Part shown: positions 19,849 to 29,670 of the stretch, in pieces
How positions within the stretch are numbered: position 1 is the stretch's first letter
Layout: the number at the start of each line of letters is the position of its first letter
Program-made: the position numbers and the translations under genes
Notes under the pieces: model-generated
Database searches by the model: none
What the model saw: only the letters and a program-made list of their open reading frames with translations
Told to the model about the DNA's origin: nothing
Source of the DNA: an uncultured Gemmatimonadales bacterium
Lineage (GTDB): Bacteria; Gemmatimonadota; Gemmatimonadetes; Longimicrobiales; RSA9
Assembly: GCA_963783305.1 (NCBI GenBank)
Contig: CAWAMW010000007.1
Location: 384,001-448,000, forward strand
Length of the DNA stretch: 64,000 nt
Reading direction: 5' to 3'

Positions 19849-20889
19849 TCAGTCGGATGCGGCGGCGCGGGCGAGGCGATCCCGGACCGCGGTCCAGGGG
19901 GGCGAGTCGGGCACGGATTCCACCAGCAGGAGCTGGCAGCCGAGGTCGTCCATTCGGTGGAGCGTGGCGTAGAGCTCACGCGCATACCCGGCGGGGTCGG
20001 CGGGCATGCGAACCCGCTCCCGGAACGGAGAATCCTCCTCGGGGGCCGGGGCGAGAGCTGCGGCGTCGCGAACGAGAGCGCAGACGATGCGTCCCTGTGC
20101 CGCCGCTCGGCGAGCGTGCTCGAGGGCGTCCCGGGTGCCGGCGGGATCGAACAGGCGGACGGAGGCGCGCGGAGCGTAGTGGCGGTCGAGCATGCCAGGG
20201 GAGGGGCGAGCGGCAACCTCCTCGTCGCCGGGGTGACTGCGTCCTTCCGGTGTTCCGAGCTCGCCGATGAGCGGCCGCAACTCGGCACTGGAGACGGTCC
20301 CCGGCCGGAGGATCACGGGGTGGCTCCCGACCAGGCTGACGACGGTGGACTCGATCCCGACCCCGGTCCGCCCCCCGTCAAGAACGAGATCGACCCTCTC
20401 TCCCAGCCCCTTCACGACGTGCGCGGCACGGGTGGGCGACACCGCCGTGGACGGGTTGGCGCTCGGTGCCACGATGGGCACCCCCGCGGCGCGGAGCAAC
20501 GCCAGCGCCACCGGGTGAGCGGGGACCCGGACGGCCACGGTGGGGAGGCCCGCGCTCACGATGGCGGGGATGCGAGAGTGGCGGGGCAGGACGAGTGTCA
20601 GCGGGCCCGGCCAGAAGGCGGCGGCGAGGCGCTCGGCGGTCTCGGGCCAGGCAGTGACAATGGACCGAGCCGCCGCGGCGTCGACCACGTGGACGATGAG
20701 GGGGTTGTACTCCGGGCGTCCCTTGGCGCGATAGATCCCCGCCACGGCCGATTCGTCCAGCGCGTTCGCCCCGAGTCCGTAGACGGTCTCCGTGGGAAAG
20801 GCCACGAGTCCGCCGCGACGGATGATCCGCGCCGCGCGTTCGATCCGGTCGGGCTCGGGGCTGCCTGGATCAACGACGAGTGTGGGCAT
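19849..20889 (-). CDS. tsaC: L-threonylcarbamoyladenylate synthase (Sua5 type)
   Basis: 'VAFPTETVYGLGANA', 'KGRP..NPLIVH', 'FWPGPLT', 'APSAN', 'ESTV', 'SPGML.RHYAP'; C-terminal SUA5 domain. Confidence 0.95.
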   Translation of the reverse strand: MPTLVVDPGSPEPDRIERAARIIRRGGLVAFPTETVYGLGANALDESAVAGIYRAKGRPEYNPLIVHVVDAAAARSIVTAWPETAERLAAAFWPGPLTLVLPRHSRIPAIVSAGLPTVAVRVPAHPVALALLRAAGVPIVAPSANPSTAVSPTRAAHVVKGLGERVDLVLDGGRTGVGIESTVVSLVGSHPVILRPGTVSSAELRPLIGELGTPEGRSHPGDEEVAARPSPGMLDRHYAPRASVRLFDPAGTRDALEHARRAAAQGRIVCALVRDAAALAPAPEEDSPFRERVRMPADPAGYARELYATLHRMDDLGCQLLLVESVPDSPPWTAVRDRLARAAASD

Positions 20890-21273
20890 GGGTACGGTCG
20901 GGAGGATCGGTGGGCTCGCGGTCGAGTGCGAGGATGGTACAGCGGATCGGTTGCGGAGGCGAGAGGCAGCGCGCCGCCAGGCGAGCGATCGCGGCCGTCG
21001 AGCGCCGGCGCCGTGGCGCGTGTCGTGAGTATTGCGCGGGCCCTTCGGCAGTTGCAAGATGAAAGCACGAGCGACGACGTGGGCCGATTCAGGGCCCCTC
21101 CCACCGGGCGCTCCGGCCACCCGCATGGCTGACCGGGCGTCTCGCCCTTCTGAAAGGGCAGCGCGGGGTGAAAACGGCACGTCGGCGCAGCCGATTCCGG
21201 CTCCGGATCCGGGGCGGATCGGTCGGGCAGACGGATCAAAGGAGGCCATCAATGCCACCGGGCAGTAGTCCAG

Positions 21274-21303
21274 GGCCCGGAACGGTCCGAACCGTTCCGG
21301 GCC
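21274..21303. terminator. Perfect 13-bp GC-rich hairpin (terminator or attenuator candidate)
   Basis: GGCCCGGAACGGT-CCGA-ACCGTTCCGGGCC; weak U tail. Confidence 0.45.
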
Positions 21304-21364
21304 TTCGTCGGCCCCCCCTTTGCATCCCGCGTCGGCTCGCCACCCACTCTTCGAACGGGACGTG

Positions 21365-22204
21365 ATGGAGTACGACTACCCTTCCTTCAGGCTGCCGCGG
21401 CTCCTGAATGATATTTCCTTCGAGTCGGGACCGTACCCCGGCGAAGCCTTCCCGGATTTCGACCTTCCCACCACGAAGGGGGGTCGGATTACGCGAGATC
21501 AGCTCATCGAGCGGGGGCCGGCGCTGATCACCATGGGGTCGTTCACCTGTCCCATGACGGCGAGCGCCGGGCCCACGCTGCGAGGGCTCCACACCGAGTT
21601 CGGTCATCCCATCACCTTCATGACGCTGTACGTCCGCGAGGCGCACCCGGGCCGGGAATACCCTCAGGCCGCGTCGCTGGACCAGAAAATCCGGTACGCC
21701 CGGGCCTACAAGAAGCGGGACGGGATCCCGTGGACGGTCGCCGTGGACGATGTTACGGGGACGCTGCACCGGCAGCTGGACGCGAAGCCGAACTCCGCCT
21801 ACATCGTCGGGCACGATGGCATCGTGCTCTACCGGACGCTCTGGTCGGGCCACGAGTGGACGCTGCGCCAGGGGCTCGCGGTGGTAGCGGCCGGCGGGCG
21901 CCCGATGGAGCAGCGCGAGCCGAGGCTCATGCCCATGGCGGCGGGACTCGGCGAGCTGTACCGGATGCTGGAGCTGGCGGGGGAGGGCGCCAAACGCGAC
22001 GTCCTATACCGTGCCCCGCCCATGTACGTTCTGGCCCGGCTGGCCCACCTGCTCCCGTTCGCCGGGCCCATGCGCCGGGGGATCGGCGCCATGGGCGTGA
22101 TGTTCGGCCTGGGACTCGGGGGCGCCGTGGCGGCTGCGCGCTCGCATGGTCGGTCCAGGGCGGAGAAGGGGAGCTCCAGGGAGCGGCGGCGCCCGACCGA
22201 ATGA
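21365..22204 (+). CDS. Iodothyronine deiodinase-like thioredoxin-fold protein (Cys homolog)
   Basis: 'GEAFPDFDL', 'GSFTCP', 'LYVREAHPG', 'PNSAYIV'; C-terminal TM segment. Confidence 0.8.
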   Translation: MEYDYPSFRLPRLLNDISFESGPYPGEAFPDFDLPTTKGGRITRDQLIERGPALITMGSFTCPMTASAGPTLRGLHTEFGHPITFMTLYVREAHPGREYPQAASLDQKIRYARAYKKRDGIPWTVAVDDVTGTLHRQLDAKPNSAYIVGHDGIVLYRTLWSGHEWTLRQGLAVVAAGGRPMEQREPRLMPMAAGLGELYRMLELAGEGAKRDVLYRAPPMYVLARLAHLLPFAGPMRRGIGAMGVMFGLGLGGAVAAARSHGRSRAEKGSSRERRRPTE

Positions 22205-22238
22205 GCGGGGCCGCCATCCGGCCTCGGACCGAAGTGCG

Positions 22239-22973
22239 TCAGGCGGGTTGATCGAAGCGGGGCGGCTCCGCCAGCAGCGCGCTCAGGTCCGCCCCTGCCT
22301 CCACCGCCTCCGGCTCCCGCCCCCTGCGTAAGAGGAGAGCGCCGGTCGTGCCGTGCAGCTCCAGTTCCTCCCCGCGTCGACGTAGCCAGCTGCCCTCTCT
22401 CATTCCGAGCACCGGCACGTCGTTCTCCTCGAGGAACTCCCTGATCCGCTGCTCCCGTGTCTCGCCCATGTGGGTCGAGCCGGTGGGCGGGTCCTGATAG
22501 TGCGGATTGATCTGGAACGGGATGAGCTCGAACGAGCGCAGCCCGTCGGGCTCCACGATGGGCATATCGTTGGTGGTGCGGATCGTCGGGCAAGCGTGGT
22601 TGGTGCCGGCACTCGACCCCATGTACGACAGCGATCCCGCCCCAACCCTCTCCCGCACCGGATCGATGAGGCGGAGCCGCTGAAGGGAGCGGAGCAGCCG
22701 GAAGCTGTTGCCACCCCCCACGAACAGGACCTCCGCTTCCATCAGCTCCGCGCGGGCGTCCTCCGCGCTGTGAAGCCCCACCACGCGGACACCGAGCGGG
22801 GCGAGCGCTTCGGCCACGCGGTGGGTGTAGGAGTCGTGGTCGGCGATCGCGAAGGGCGCGAAGTGCACGGTTCGGCGCCCTGCCAGGAACCGTTCGATGG
22901 CGTCCATGGCGTGCTCGAGGAAGGCGCGGCCGTGAAGGGTCGAGTTGCTGAGGAGGAGCAGGTCGTCGCGCAT
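22239..22973 (-). CDS. pepE: Dipeptidase E (peptidase S51)
   Basis: 'LLLLSNS', 'FVGGGN.F.LL', 'GSSAG.N', 'FQINPHY', 'HMGETREQRI.EF'. Confidence 0.95.
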   Translation of the reverse strand: MRDDLLLLSNSTLHGRAFLEHAMDAIERFLAGRRTVHFAPFAIADHDSYTHRVAEALAPLGVRVVGLHSAEDARAELMEAEVLFVGGGNSFRLLRSLQRLRLIDPVRERVGAGSLSYMGSSAGTNHACPTIRTTNDMPIVEPDGLRSFELIPFQINPHYQDPPTGSTHMGETREQRIREFLEENDVPVLGMREGSWLRRRGEELELHGTTGALLLRRGREPEAVEAGADLSALLAEPPRFDQPA

Positions 22974-22977
22974 CGCG

Positions 22978-23733
22978 TCACCTCTTCCGGTCGATTTCGC
23001 CGAGCCGCGCCTTGAGCTCATTCCTGGCGGCGGCTATCGCGCTGCGGGTACGCTCGCGGAGGGCGGGCACGTCATCCACGGTCATGCCTTTCGTCTCGAT
23101 GGGTTCCAGCACCCTGGCGATGGCCCGGGCGTAGCCGAACCGGAGCGAGTGCTTGGCCATGGCCTCCCGCGTTCCCGCCACCGCGATGGGGAGGATGGGC
23201 AGCTGCCGTTCGACGGCGATCCGGAACGCGCCGTTGCGGAAGGGCAGCAGCTCTCCGTCGGGCGACCGGGTGCCTTCGGGCAGGATCATGACGGACACGC
23301 GCTTGTCCAGACGGTCGTGGATCTGCTGGACAGCCATCTCGCGACTGCCTTTTTCGCCGCGGCGAATGGCGATGTCGCCAGCCATCCGCATCATCCAGCC
23401 CATGACAGGGATACGGAATATGGCCTCCTTGGAGAGCCACTTCATCTCCCACGGGAGGTGGCTGAGGAGGAAGATATCGGCAAAGGACTCGTGGTTGGCC
23501 ACGGCCACGTACGGCCGTCGCGGATCGGTGATCTCTACACCCTCGGTGCTGAAGTGCCAGACCGGGATGAGCTTCACCGAGGCCATGGCGGCGCGCCGGA
23601 ACCAGCGCCCGGCGGTGTAGCGCCCGGGGTCGAACGGCGCGGTGAGAAGGAAAATGATGGCGAGCATGGGCAGCCAGAGCAGGGCCAGGAGTCCGATCGC
23701 GGACCAGAGGAGGCCGGAGAGGAAGGTCCGCAT
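22978..23733 (-). CDS. plsC: 1-acyl-sn-glycerol-3-phosphate acyltransferase family
   Basis: NHxxxxD (NHESFAD) and PEGTRS motifs. Confidence 0.88.
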   Translation of the reverse strand: MRTFLSGLLWSAIGLLALLWLPMLAIIFLLTAPFDPGRYTAGRWFRRAAMASVKLIPVWHFSTEGVEITDPRRPYVAVANHESFADIFLLSHLPWEMKWLSKEAIFRIPVMGWMMRMAGDIAIRRGEKGSREMAVQQIHDRLDKRVSVMILPEGTRSPDGELLPFRNGAFRIAVERQLPILPIAVAGTREAMAKHSLRFGYARAIARVLEPIETKGMTVDDVPALRERTRSAIAAARNELKARLGEIDRKR

Positions 23734-25634
23734 CAGTGTTGCTCTCCGTCCCGGTCCTGCCCGTGCCGGAGGTTCCGCACCTCCTCCTTCACGTGGTCGA
23801 TCTCCGCGTAGAGCTTCTCGATGGCCTCGGTGAAGGCCTGCTCGATGGCACGTCGTCGCGCCTTCAGGGTGGGCGTGAGCAGCCCGGACTCCACGGTGAA
23901 CTCGTGCGGCAGGAGCGAGAAGCGCCGGGGAGTCTCGTGGCGGGCGAAGTCGCTCACCCGGTCCACGGTCTCATCGTGGAGCAGCTCGAGGAGCCGCGGG
24001 TGACGGGTCGCCGCGTCGCGGTCGCTCAGGTCGAGCCCGCGCTCGCTCGCCCAACGGTCCACGGCCTCCCAGTCCGGGACCACCAGCAGGGCGGGGAAGG
24101 CGCGGCGGTCCCCGACCATGATGGCCTGGGAGACGTACGGCGAGCGCATGATCTCAGATTCGACCGGCTGCGGGGCAATGTTCTTCCCGCCCGCCGTCAC
24201 GATGAGGTCCTTGAGCCGATCGGTGATGCGGAGGAAGCCATCCTCGTCGAAGCGCCCCACGTCGCCCGTGTGGAACCAGCCGCCGTCCTCCATCACCTCG
24301 GCCGTGGCCTCGTCGTCGTTCCAGTAGCCGCGCATGGTGCCGGGCCCGCGGCTCATGATCTCGCCATTCTCCGCGATCCGGATCTCCACGTCGGGGTATG
24401 GAACCCCCACGGAGCCGAGACGGGTCGCGCCCGGTCGGTTGGCGGACAGGACGGGCGAGGTCTCCGTGAGGCCATACCCCTCGTAGATGGGGAGTCCTGC
24501 CGCGAAGAAGAACGTGCCGACGTCCGCGGAAAGCGGCGCGCCGCCGGAGATGAAGCCACGCATGCGGCCGCCGGTGCGGCGCCGGAGGGTGGCGAACACG
24601 ATGCGGTCGGCGGCGCCGAGGCGCACACGATCCCCCAGCTTGAGCCGCTCCCCCGCGTCCCTCCGGATCTGGGCCCGGGCACCGACCGCGCCCGCCCAGC
24701 GTCCCAGACGCCCCCGGAGACCCGGCGCGTCCACCACGCGGGCGTGCAGCTTCTCGAACAGCCGCGGCACGGACACCATCACGTGCGGTCGGATGGCCAG
24801 CAGGTCCTCCGCGAGCGTGTCGACCGAGCGGGCGTAGCCGATGGTCACACCCTCGTCGAAGAAGAAGTAGGACGCGGCCCGCTCGAACACGTGCGACAGC
24901 GGGAGGATCGAGAGGCACATATCGCCGGCGCCGGCCGGTACCGAGCCGTGTTGCCGCGTAGCCGCCACCATGAAGGCCATGTTGCCATGCGTGAGGACCA
25001 CGCCCTTCGGCGGGCCCGTGGTCCCCGAGCTGTATACCAGGGTAGCAGCGTCCTCCGGCTGCACGGCCTCCGCCCGCTCACGCAGCCCCTCGACAGGCGG
25101 GTGTTGGCGCGCTTCGTCGAACGCGATCTCGACCCCCGCTCCCGTCCCGGCGGCGGGATCAAACACCGTGATCCACTCCAGCGCCTCGAGTCCCGCGCGG
25201 CGAGCCTTCTCCGCCTGCGCGGGCGTGGAGACGGCAAGGCCCCGCACACCCGCGTCCCTCAGGATATGCGCCACCTGGTCCGTGGGCAGCGTCGGGTAGA
25301 CCGGGACGGTGGTTGCGCCCAGGCAGAGGGCCGCGTAGTCGACGATCGCCCACTCCGGTCGGTTCTCCGACAGGATCCCGACCCGGTCTCCCGAGCCGAT
25401 GCCCCGCGCCTCGAGCCAGCCGGCCACGGCGGCCACCTGAGCGGCGACCTCGCGGTACGAGAGATCCCGCCACTGCTCGTGCTCACACCAGCGGAGCGCG
25501 GGGGCGTCGCCGAACCGGTCGACCGCGCCAAAGAACGTGGCGGTGAGGGTGCGCCGGTCGTACGGCGCGAGCGGGGGACCCGCGTGTGTCTCCCCGGATT
25601 CCGGCGGCATGTGCTTCTCCCGATGAACGCTCAT
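23733..25634 (-). CDS. Long-chain fatty acid--CoA ligase (AMP-forming)
   Basis: YSSGTTGPPKG, LPLSHVFER, EGYGLTET, WFHTGDVG, GGKNIAP. Confidence 0.92.
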   Translation of the reverse strand: MSVHREKHMPPESGETHAGPPLAPYDRRTLTATFFGAVDRFGDAPALRWCEHEQWRDLSYREVAAQVAAVAGWLEARGIGSGDRVGILSENRPEWAIVDYAALCLGATTVPVYPTLPTDQVAHILRDAGVRGLAVSTPAQAEKARRAGLEALEWITVFDPAAGTGAGVEIAFDEARQHPPVEGLRERAEAVQPEDAATLVYSSGTTGPPKGVVLTHGNMAFMVAATRQHGSVPAGAGDMCLSILPLSHVFERAASYFFFDEGVTIGYARSVDTLAEDLLAIRPHVMVSVPRLFEKLHARVVDAPGLRGRLGRWAGAVGARAQIRRDAGERLKLGDRVRLGAADRIVFATLRRRTGGRMRGFISGGAPLSADVGTFFFAAGLPIYEGYGLTETSPVLSANRPGATRLGSVGVPYPDVEIRIAENGEIMSRGPGTMRGYWNDDEATAEVMEDGGWFHTGDVGRFDEDGFLRITDRLKDLIVTAGGKNIAPQPVESEIMRSPYVSQAIMVGDRRAFPALLVVPDWEAVDRWASERGLDLSDRDAATRHPRLLELLHDETVDRVSDFARHETPRRFSLLPHEFTVESGLLTPTLKARRRAIEQAFTEAIEKLYAEIDHVKEEVRNLRHGQDRDGEQH

Positions 25635-25649
25635 GAGGTCTCTGGCCTT

Positions 25650-25677
25650 ACAGTACGGGCGCGCCGGGGAGCGTCAA
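25650..25677 (-). promoter_or_regulatory. Putative sigma70 promoter for the acyl-CoA ligase operon
   Basis: Minus strand TTGACG-N16-TACTGT. Confidence 0.5.
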
Positions 25678-25725
25678 GCCCTGACCGGGGAGCGTCAAGC
25701 CTGACCGGGGAGCGTCAAGCCCTGA
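25664..25725. repeat. Tandem repeat, 3 x 20-21 bp (CCGGGGAGCGTCAAGC(C)CTGA)
   Basis: Units at 25664-25684, 25685-25704 and 25705-25725. Confidence 0.95.
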
Positions 25726-25769
25726 CCCTTCCCGCGCGGGTGAGGCGCATCGGGCGCAGCGCCGCCGGC

Positions 25770-26780
25770 CTAGAAGACGTCGATTTGCGGGCTCAGAGCG
25801 CTGGGATCCTCACGTATCTCCTGGATCAGCGCCTGGAGGTCGACGATCGTCTTGAGCAGCTCGTCATAGAGCTGCGGGTCGTCGAGGAGCCGTGCCATGG
25901 TACCGTCGCCTCCAGCGACCGCGCCGAGCAAGCCTTCCACGCCGGACAGAGTGGTATCCGCGCGCCCTACCACGCCGACCATGCCCTCGTAGAGCGCATC
26001 ATCGCGGACGAGCTTGCCGAGCGACCCCTCGCCCTCCAGCACGGCCGCACCCAGGCTGTCGAGCCGCGCCAGCGTGCTGTTCATCCGGTTGTACAGCTCC
26101 GGGTCGCGGATCACGCGGCCCAGCGTGCCATCGGAGCGGTTCACGGTCCTCAGGAGTGCGGCCATCTCGCCGGTGGCGGTGGTCATTTGCTGGTAGAGCG
26201 CCTCGTCCGTAAGGAGCGCCCCCAGGGTCCCCTCGCCGCCGGCCAGCCGGTGGGTGAGGACACGAAGGTCGACCACGACGTCCTGCACGTGGTCGAGGGT
26301 GGTGGCCGCGGTGCGGAGCACGGCCTCGTAGTCGAGGACGCCAATGCTCTCCAGCGTATCGCCGGGCTGGAGCGGGGGATAGGCCGGGGAGCCGGGGGAG
26401 ATGTTGAGGAACCGATCGCCGAGCAGCCCCTGTGTCTGGAGGGCCCCGCGGGAGTCCTTCCTGATCTGGGGCTGCACGCTCTCGTTGATGGAGAAGTGGA
26501 CCACGATGTTGACGCTGTCCGTGCGAGTCTCCACGGGTAGAAATTCGATGGACTGGATCTGTCCGATCCTCTGACCGGCCAGGGTGACGGGAGATCCGGG
26601 GATGAGGCCGCCCGAGCTCTCCACAAGCGTGACCAGGGTATAGCGAGAGGCGAATACATCGAAGAGCCGCCCCACCTGAAACACTCCGAAGGCCAGGACG
26701 AGGATTCCCACGATGAGGACAACTCCGACGCGGATCTGTCGCGCCGTCTGCTGACCCTGGTTGAGCTTGCCGCGTGCCAT
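25770..26780 (-). CDS. mlaD: MCE/MlaD family protein
   Basis: N-terminal TM, 'GGLIPGSPVTLAG..IG', 'TQGLLGDRFLNISPG', repeated 'GEGTLG.L..D..LY' helical units. Confidence 0.9.
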   Translation of the reverse strand: MARGKLNQGQQTARQIRVGVVLIVGILVLAFGVFQVGRLFDVFASRYTLVTLVESSGGLIPGSPVTLAGQRIGQIQSIEFLPVETRTDSVNIVVHFSINESVQPQIRKDSRGALQTQGLLGDRFLNISPGSPAYPPLQPGDTLESIGVLDYEAVLRTAATTLDHVQDVVVDLRVLTHRLAGGEGTLGALLTDEALYQQMTTATGEMAALLRTVNRSDGTLGRVIRDPELYNRMNSTLARLDSLGAAVLEGEGSLGKLVRDDALYEGMVGVVGRADTTLSGVEGLLGAVAGGDGTMARLLDDPQLYDELLKTIVDLQALIQEIREDPSALSPQIDVF

Positions 26781-26797
26781 CGTCGTCTATCTCCTGC

Positions 26798-27661
26798 TCA
26801 GCTGAGCGCCAGGAAGCGCTGGATGTAGTCGTCGTCCTGCGCGATCATCTCCTCCGGCGTCCCGTCGAACGCGATCTCCCCGTTCCTCAGGAGGTTCACC
26901 CGGGAAGCGACCCGGAACCCGGCCCGCAGGTCGTGCGTCACGACGATGGAGGTCACGCCGCGCTCCCTCTGCAGTTTCCGTGTCAGGTCCCCGATGGTCC
27001 CGATGGTGAGCGGGTCGAGACCGGCCGTGGGCTCGTCGTAGAGCACGATCTGCGGGTCCGTGGCGATGGCCCGGGCCAGCCCGACCCGTTTCTTCTGCCC
27101 GCCCGAGAGCTCACCCGGCAGCTGCGGACCGACCTTGTCGGGGTCGAGATCGACGAACGTCAGTCTCTGACGCACCACCTCGGCGATCTCGTCCTCCGAC
27201 ATGCGGGTGTTCTCCCGGAGCGGGTACGCGATGTTGTCGAAGACGTTCACCGAGTCGAAGAGCGCCGCGTTCTGGAACACCATCCCGATCTTCTGTCGGA
27301 GCTCGAGCGCCTCCTGGAAGGTAAGCTGCGTGATCTCGCGCCCGAAGACGCAGATGTCGCCGCTGTCCGGGAGCAGGAGTCGGAGGATCAGCTTGAGGAT
27401 CGTGGACTTTCCCGTGCCCGACTCGCCCAGGACGAGAAGCGTTTCCCCCTCCTTCACCCGCAGGTCGACCCCGGACAGGATCGGGTGGTCGAACGAGAGG
27501 TGGACGTTCTCGAGCTCGATGACCGGCTCTCCGGTCTCCACCGGCTCCGCGCCCTCGTCGCCGCTCCGGATCTCGTCGCGGATCACCTTCCGCAGCACCT
27601 CGCCCGCGCCCGCGTCGCGCCGATCGTCGCCCTCGCGCCGCCCTTCCACGCTCTCCCTCAT
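26798..27661 (-). CDS. mlaF: ABC transporter ATPase (MlaF/Mkl)
   Basis: GESGTGKS, 'FQNAALFDS', 'P.ELSGGQKKRVGLARA', 'LYDEPTAGLDP'. Confidence 0.92.
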   Translation of the reverse strand: MRESVEGRREGDDRRDAGAGEVLRKVIRDEIRSGDEGAEPVETGEPVIELENVHLSFDHPILSGVDLRVKEGETLLVLGESGTGKSTILKLILRLLLPDSGDICVFGREITQLTFQEALELRQKIGMVFQNAALFDSVNVFDNIAYPLRENTRMSEDEIAEVVRQRLTFVDLDPDKVGPQLPGELSGGQKKRVGLARAIATDPQIVLYDEPTAGLDPLTIGTIGDLTRKLQRERGVTSIVVTHDLRAGFRVASRVNLLRNGEIAFDGTPEEMIAQDDDYIQRFLALS

Positions 27662-28482
27662 CCGCCCGCCGGGAGCAGGACCATCAGGAGCTGCGTGATG
27701 AAGTAGTCCACCACGAGCACCAGGATCGAACCCGTGACGACGGCCCGCGTTGTGGCCGTCCCGACCCCTTCCGTCCCGCCCCGCGCCGCCAGACCATAAT
27801 GGCAGCCCGTCATGGCTACAATGCCCCCGAATACGAACGGCTTCAGGAGCCCGCCCACGAAGTCACGGGGGAAGACGTCGAAGATGAAGCCCGACTGCGC
27901 CAGGATGCTCCACACGCCCCGCAGATAGGCGTCCGCCGGCACCTGGATCTTGAACACCGAGACCAGGAGCCCGCCGAAGATGCCCACGGCATCCGTCATG
28001 ATCGTCAGCAGGGGAAGCATAATGAGACCCGCCAGGAGGCGCGGCGTCACCAGCTTCTTGATGGGGTCCGTACCGAAGCTCTGGAGCGCGTCGATCTGCT
28101 CGGTAACCCGCATGGCGCCGATCTCCGCCGCGATCCCCGAGCCCACGCGGCCGGCGAAGATCAGGGCGGCCAGGACCGGACCCAGCTCCCGCACCATCGA
28201 GGCTCCCACCAGGCTCCCAACGTAAATGTCCGCCCCGAACCGCTCGAGCGCCACCGCGCTCTGCAGCGCCAGGACCATCCCGGTGAACAGGCCGGTGAGG
28301 AGGAGGATAGGCACCGATCCCACGCCCATCCGGTCCATGTGCGTGAGAGTATCCCTCCAGTAGAACGGGCGTGCGACCACGAACCGCGTGGCGCGGGTCC
28401 CCAGCGTGAAGAACTGATACACACCGAGGGCCGTTCCACGCAGCCAATCGTCCACCCTGGCCACGATGCCCGTCATCCCCAC
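27658..28482 (-). CDS. mlaE: MlaE family ABC permease
   Basis: 'RELGPVL..LI.AGRVGS.IAAEIG.M.VTEQIDAL', 'GG.EGVG.ATT.AVV'. Confidence 0.93.
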   Translation of the reverse strand: MGMTGIVARVDDWLRGTALGVYQFFTLGTRATRFVVARPFYWRDTLTHMDRMGVGSVPILLLTGLFTGMVLALQSAVALERFGADIYVGSLVGASMVRELGPVLAALIFAGRVGSGIAAEIGAMRVTEQIDALQSFGTDPIKKLVTPRLLAGLIMLPLLTIMTDAVGIFGGLLVSVFKIQVPADAYLRGVWSILAQSGFIFDVFPRDFVGGLLKPFVFGGIVAMTGCHYGLAARGGTEGVGTATTRAVVTGSILVLVVDYFITQLLMVLLPAGG

Positions 28483-28610
28483 GTCTTTCGGTCGATTCTC
28501 TGGCTACTTTCGCTTTACAGTGCAGGAACACTCCGGTAGCTTGCAGCGACCCGGAACGTCGGGTAGGCCTGAATCAATTTCCGTGCCCACGACCGCCGAA
28601 CCACGCCGAC

Positions 28611-29606
28611 ATGGATCGTCTGGAACTCAGCCGAGCGAACGAACTTCTCGGTAGCATCGGGGGCGTGCGGATCCTGGTGGTAGGCGACCTGATGCTCGAC
28701 GTATACCTGCGTGGGGGCGCGTCACGAATCTCTCCGGAGGCCCCGGTGCCGGTGGTGCGGGTGCGGGACGAGTGGCGTGCGCTGGGTGGTGCGGCGAACG
28801 TGGCGGCGAACCTGGTGGCTCTTGGTGCGAAGACGCGGCTCGTGGGCGGGGTCGGGGACGACGGGGCGGCCGTGGACTTCCGGTCCGCTGCGAGCGGCGC
28901 GGGGATCGACGTGGCCGACCTGGTGGTACTGCCGGGCCGGCCGACCACGCTGAAGACGCGGGTCCTGGTGGGCCATCAGCAGGTCGCCCGGTACGATCGG
29001 GAGGTCGACGCCGATGTGGGGGGCGTGGATGCCGCCGCACTGGCCGAGCGGGTGGAGGCCGCCGCTCGGGAGGCGGACGCGGTGGTGCTGGAGGACTACG
29101 ACAAGGGCGTGCTGGTCCCGGTGGTGATCGATGCGGCGCTGGACGTCGCCCGGCAGCGGCGCATCCCGGTGGTCGTGGATCCGAAGGCGCGCCATTTCTT
29201 CCAGTACCGCGGGTGTACGGTGTTCAAGCCCAACGAGCCGGAACTGGCTGCGGCGCTCCGGGCCGAGCTTCGGCCCGACGACGCTGGCTGGATGGACGAG
29301 ACCCGCCGTCACATGGAGTGCGATGCCCTCCTCCTCACGCTCGGCGCCGAGGGTATGGCCCTCTGCACCGGGCCCCACGATCTGCTCCGTGTCCCGGCGG
29401 TAGCCCGCGCCGTCTACGACGTCTCCGGCGCCGGTGATACCGTGACCGCCGTGATCGCCGCCGTCCTCGCCGTCGGCGGTACGCCGGAGGAGGGGGCGAT
29501 CCTCGCCACGCACGCCGCCGGCGTGGAGGTGGGGAAGGCCGGCGTGGTCACGGTCGGCTCCGAGGAGATCCTCGAGAGCCTCCGCCATCACCGGAACGAG
29601 GTCTAG
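28611..29606 (+). CDS. rfaE1: D-glycero-beta-D-manno-heptose-7-phosphate kinase (HldE kinase domain)
   Basis: 'GD.MLD.Y..G...RISPEAPVPVV', 'GGAANVA.N', 'DYDKG', 'VDPK', 'VYDVSGAGDTV'. Confidence 0.93.
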   Translation: MDRLELSRANELLGSIGGVRILVVGDLMLDVYLRGGASRISPEAPVPVVRVRDEWRALGGAANVAANLVALGAKTRLVGGVGDDGAAVDFRSAASGAGIDVADLVVLPGRPTTLKTRVLVGHQQVARYDREVDADVGGVDAAALAERVEAAAREADAVVLEDYDKGVLVPVVIDAALDVARQRRIPVVVDPKARHFFQYRGCTVFKPNEPELAAALRAELRPDDAGWMDETRRHMECDALLLTLGAEGMALCTGPHDLLRVPAVARAVYDVSGAGDTVTAVIAAVLAVGGTPEEGAILATHAAGVEVGKAGVVTVGSEEILESLRHHRNEV

Positions 29607-29670
29607 CGACGTCGAACATCGTGCTGTGCAGCGAACAGGGAGCCATGCATCGACTACGGCTGCGGCCGCC

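Noticed and set aside
18436..21132. Very long alternative ORFs (898 aa here; also 23736-26540, 34923-37283, 9799-11766)
   Set aside because: They are antisense shadows of well-supported genes. High GC suppresses stop codons and they contain no recognisable motifs.
21530..21560. Selenocysteine recoding in the deiodinase-like gene
   Set aside because: The active-site codon is TGT (Cys) and there is no in-frame TGA.
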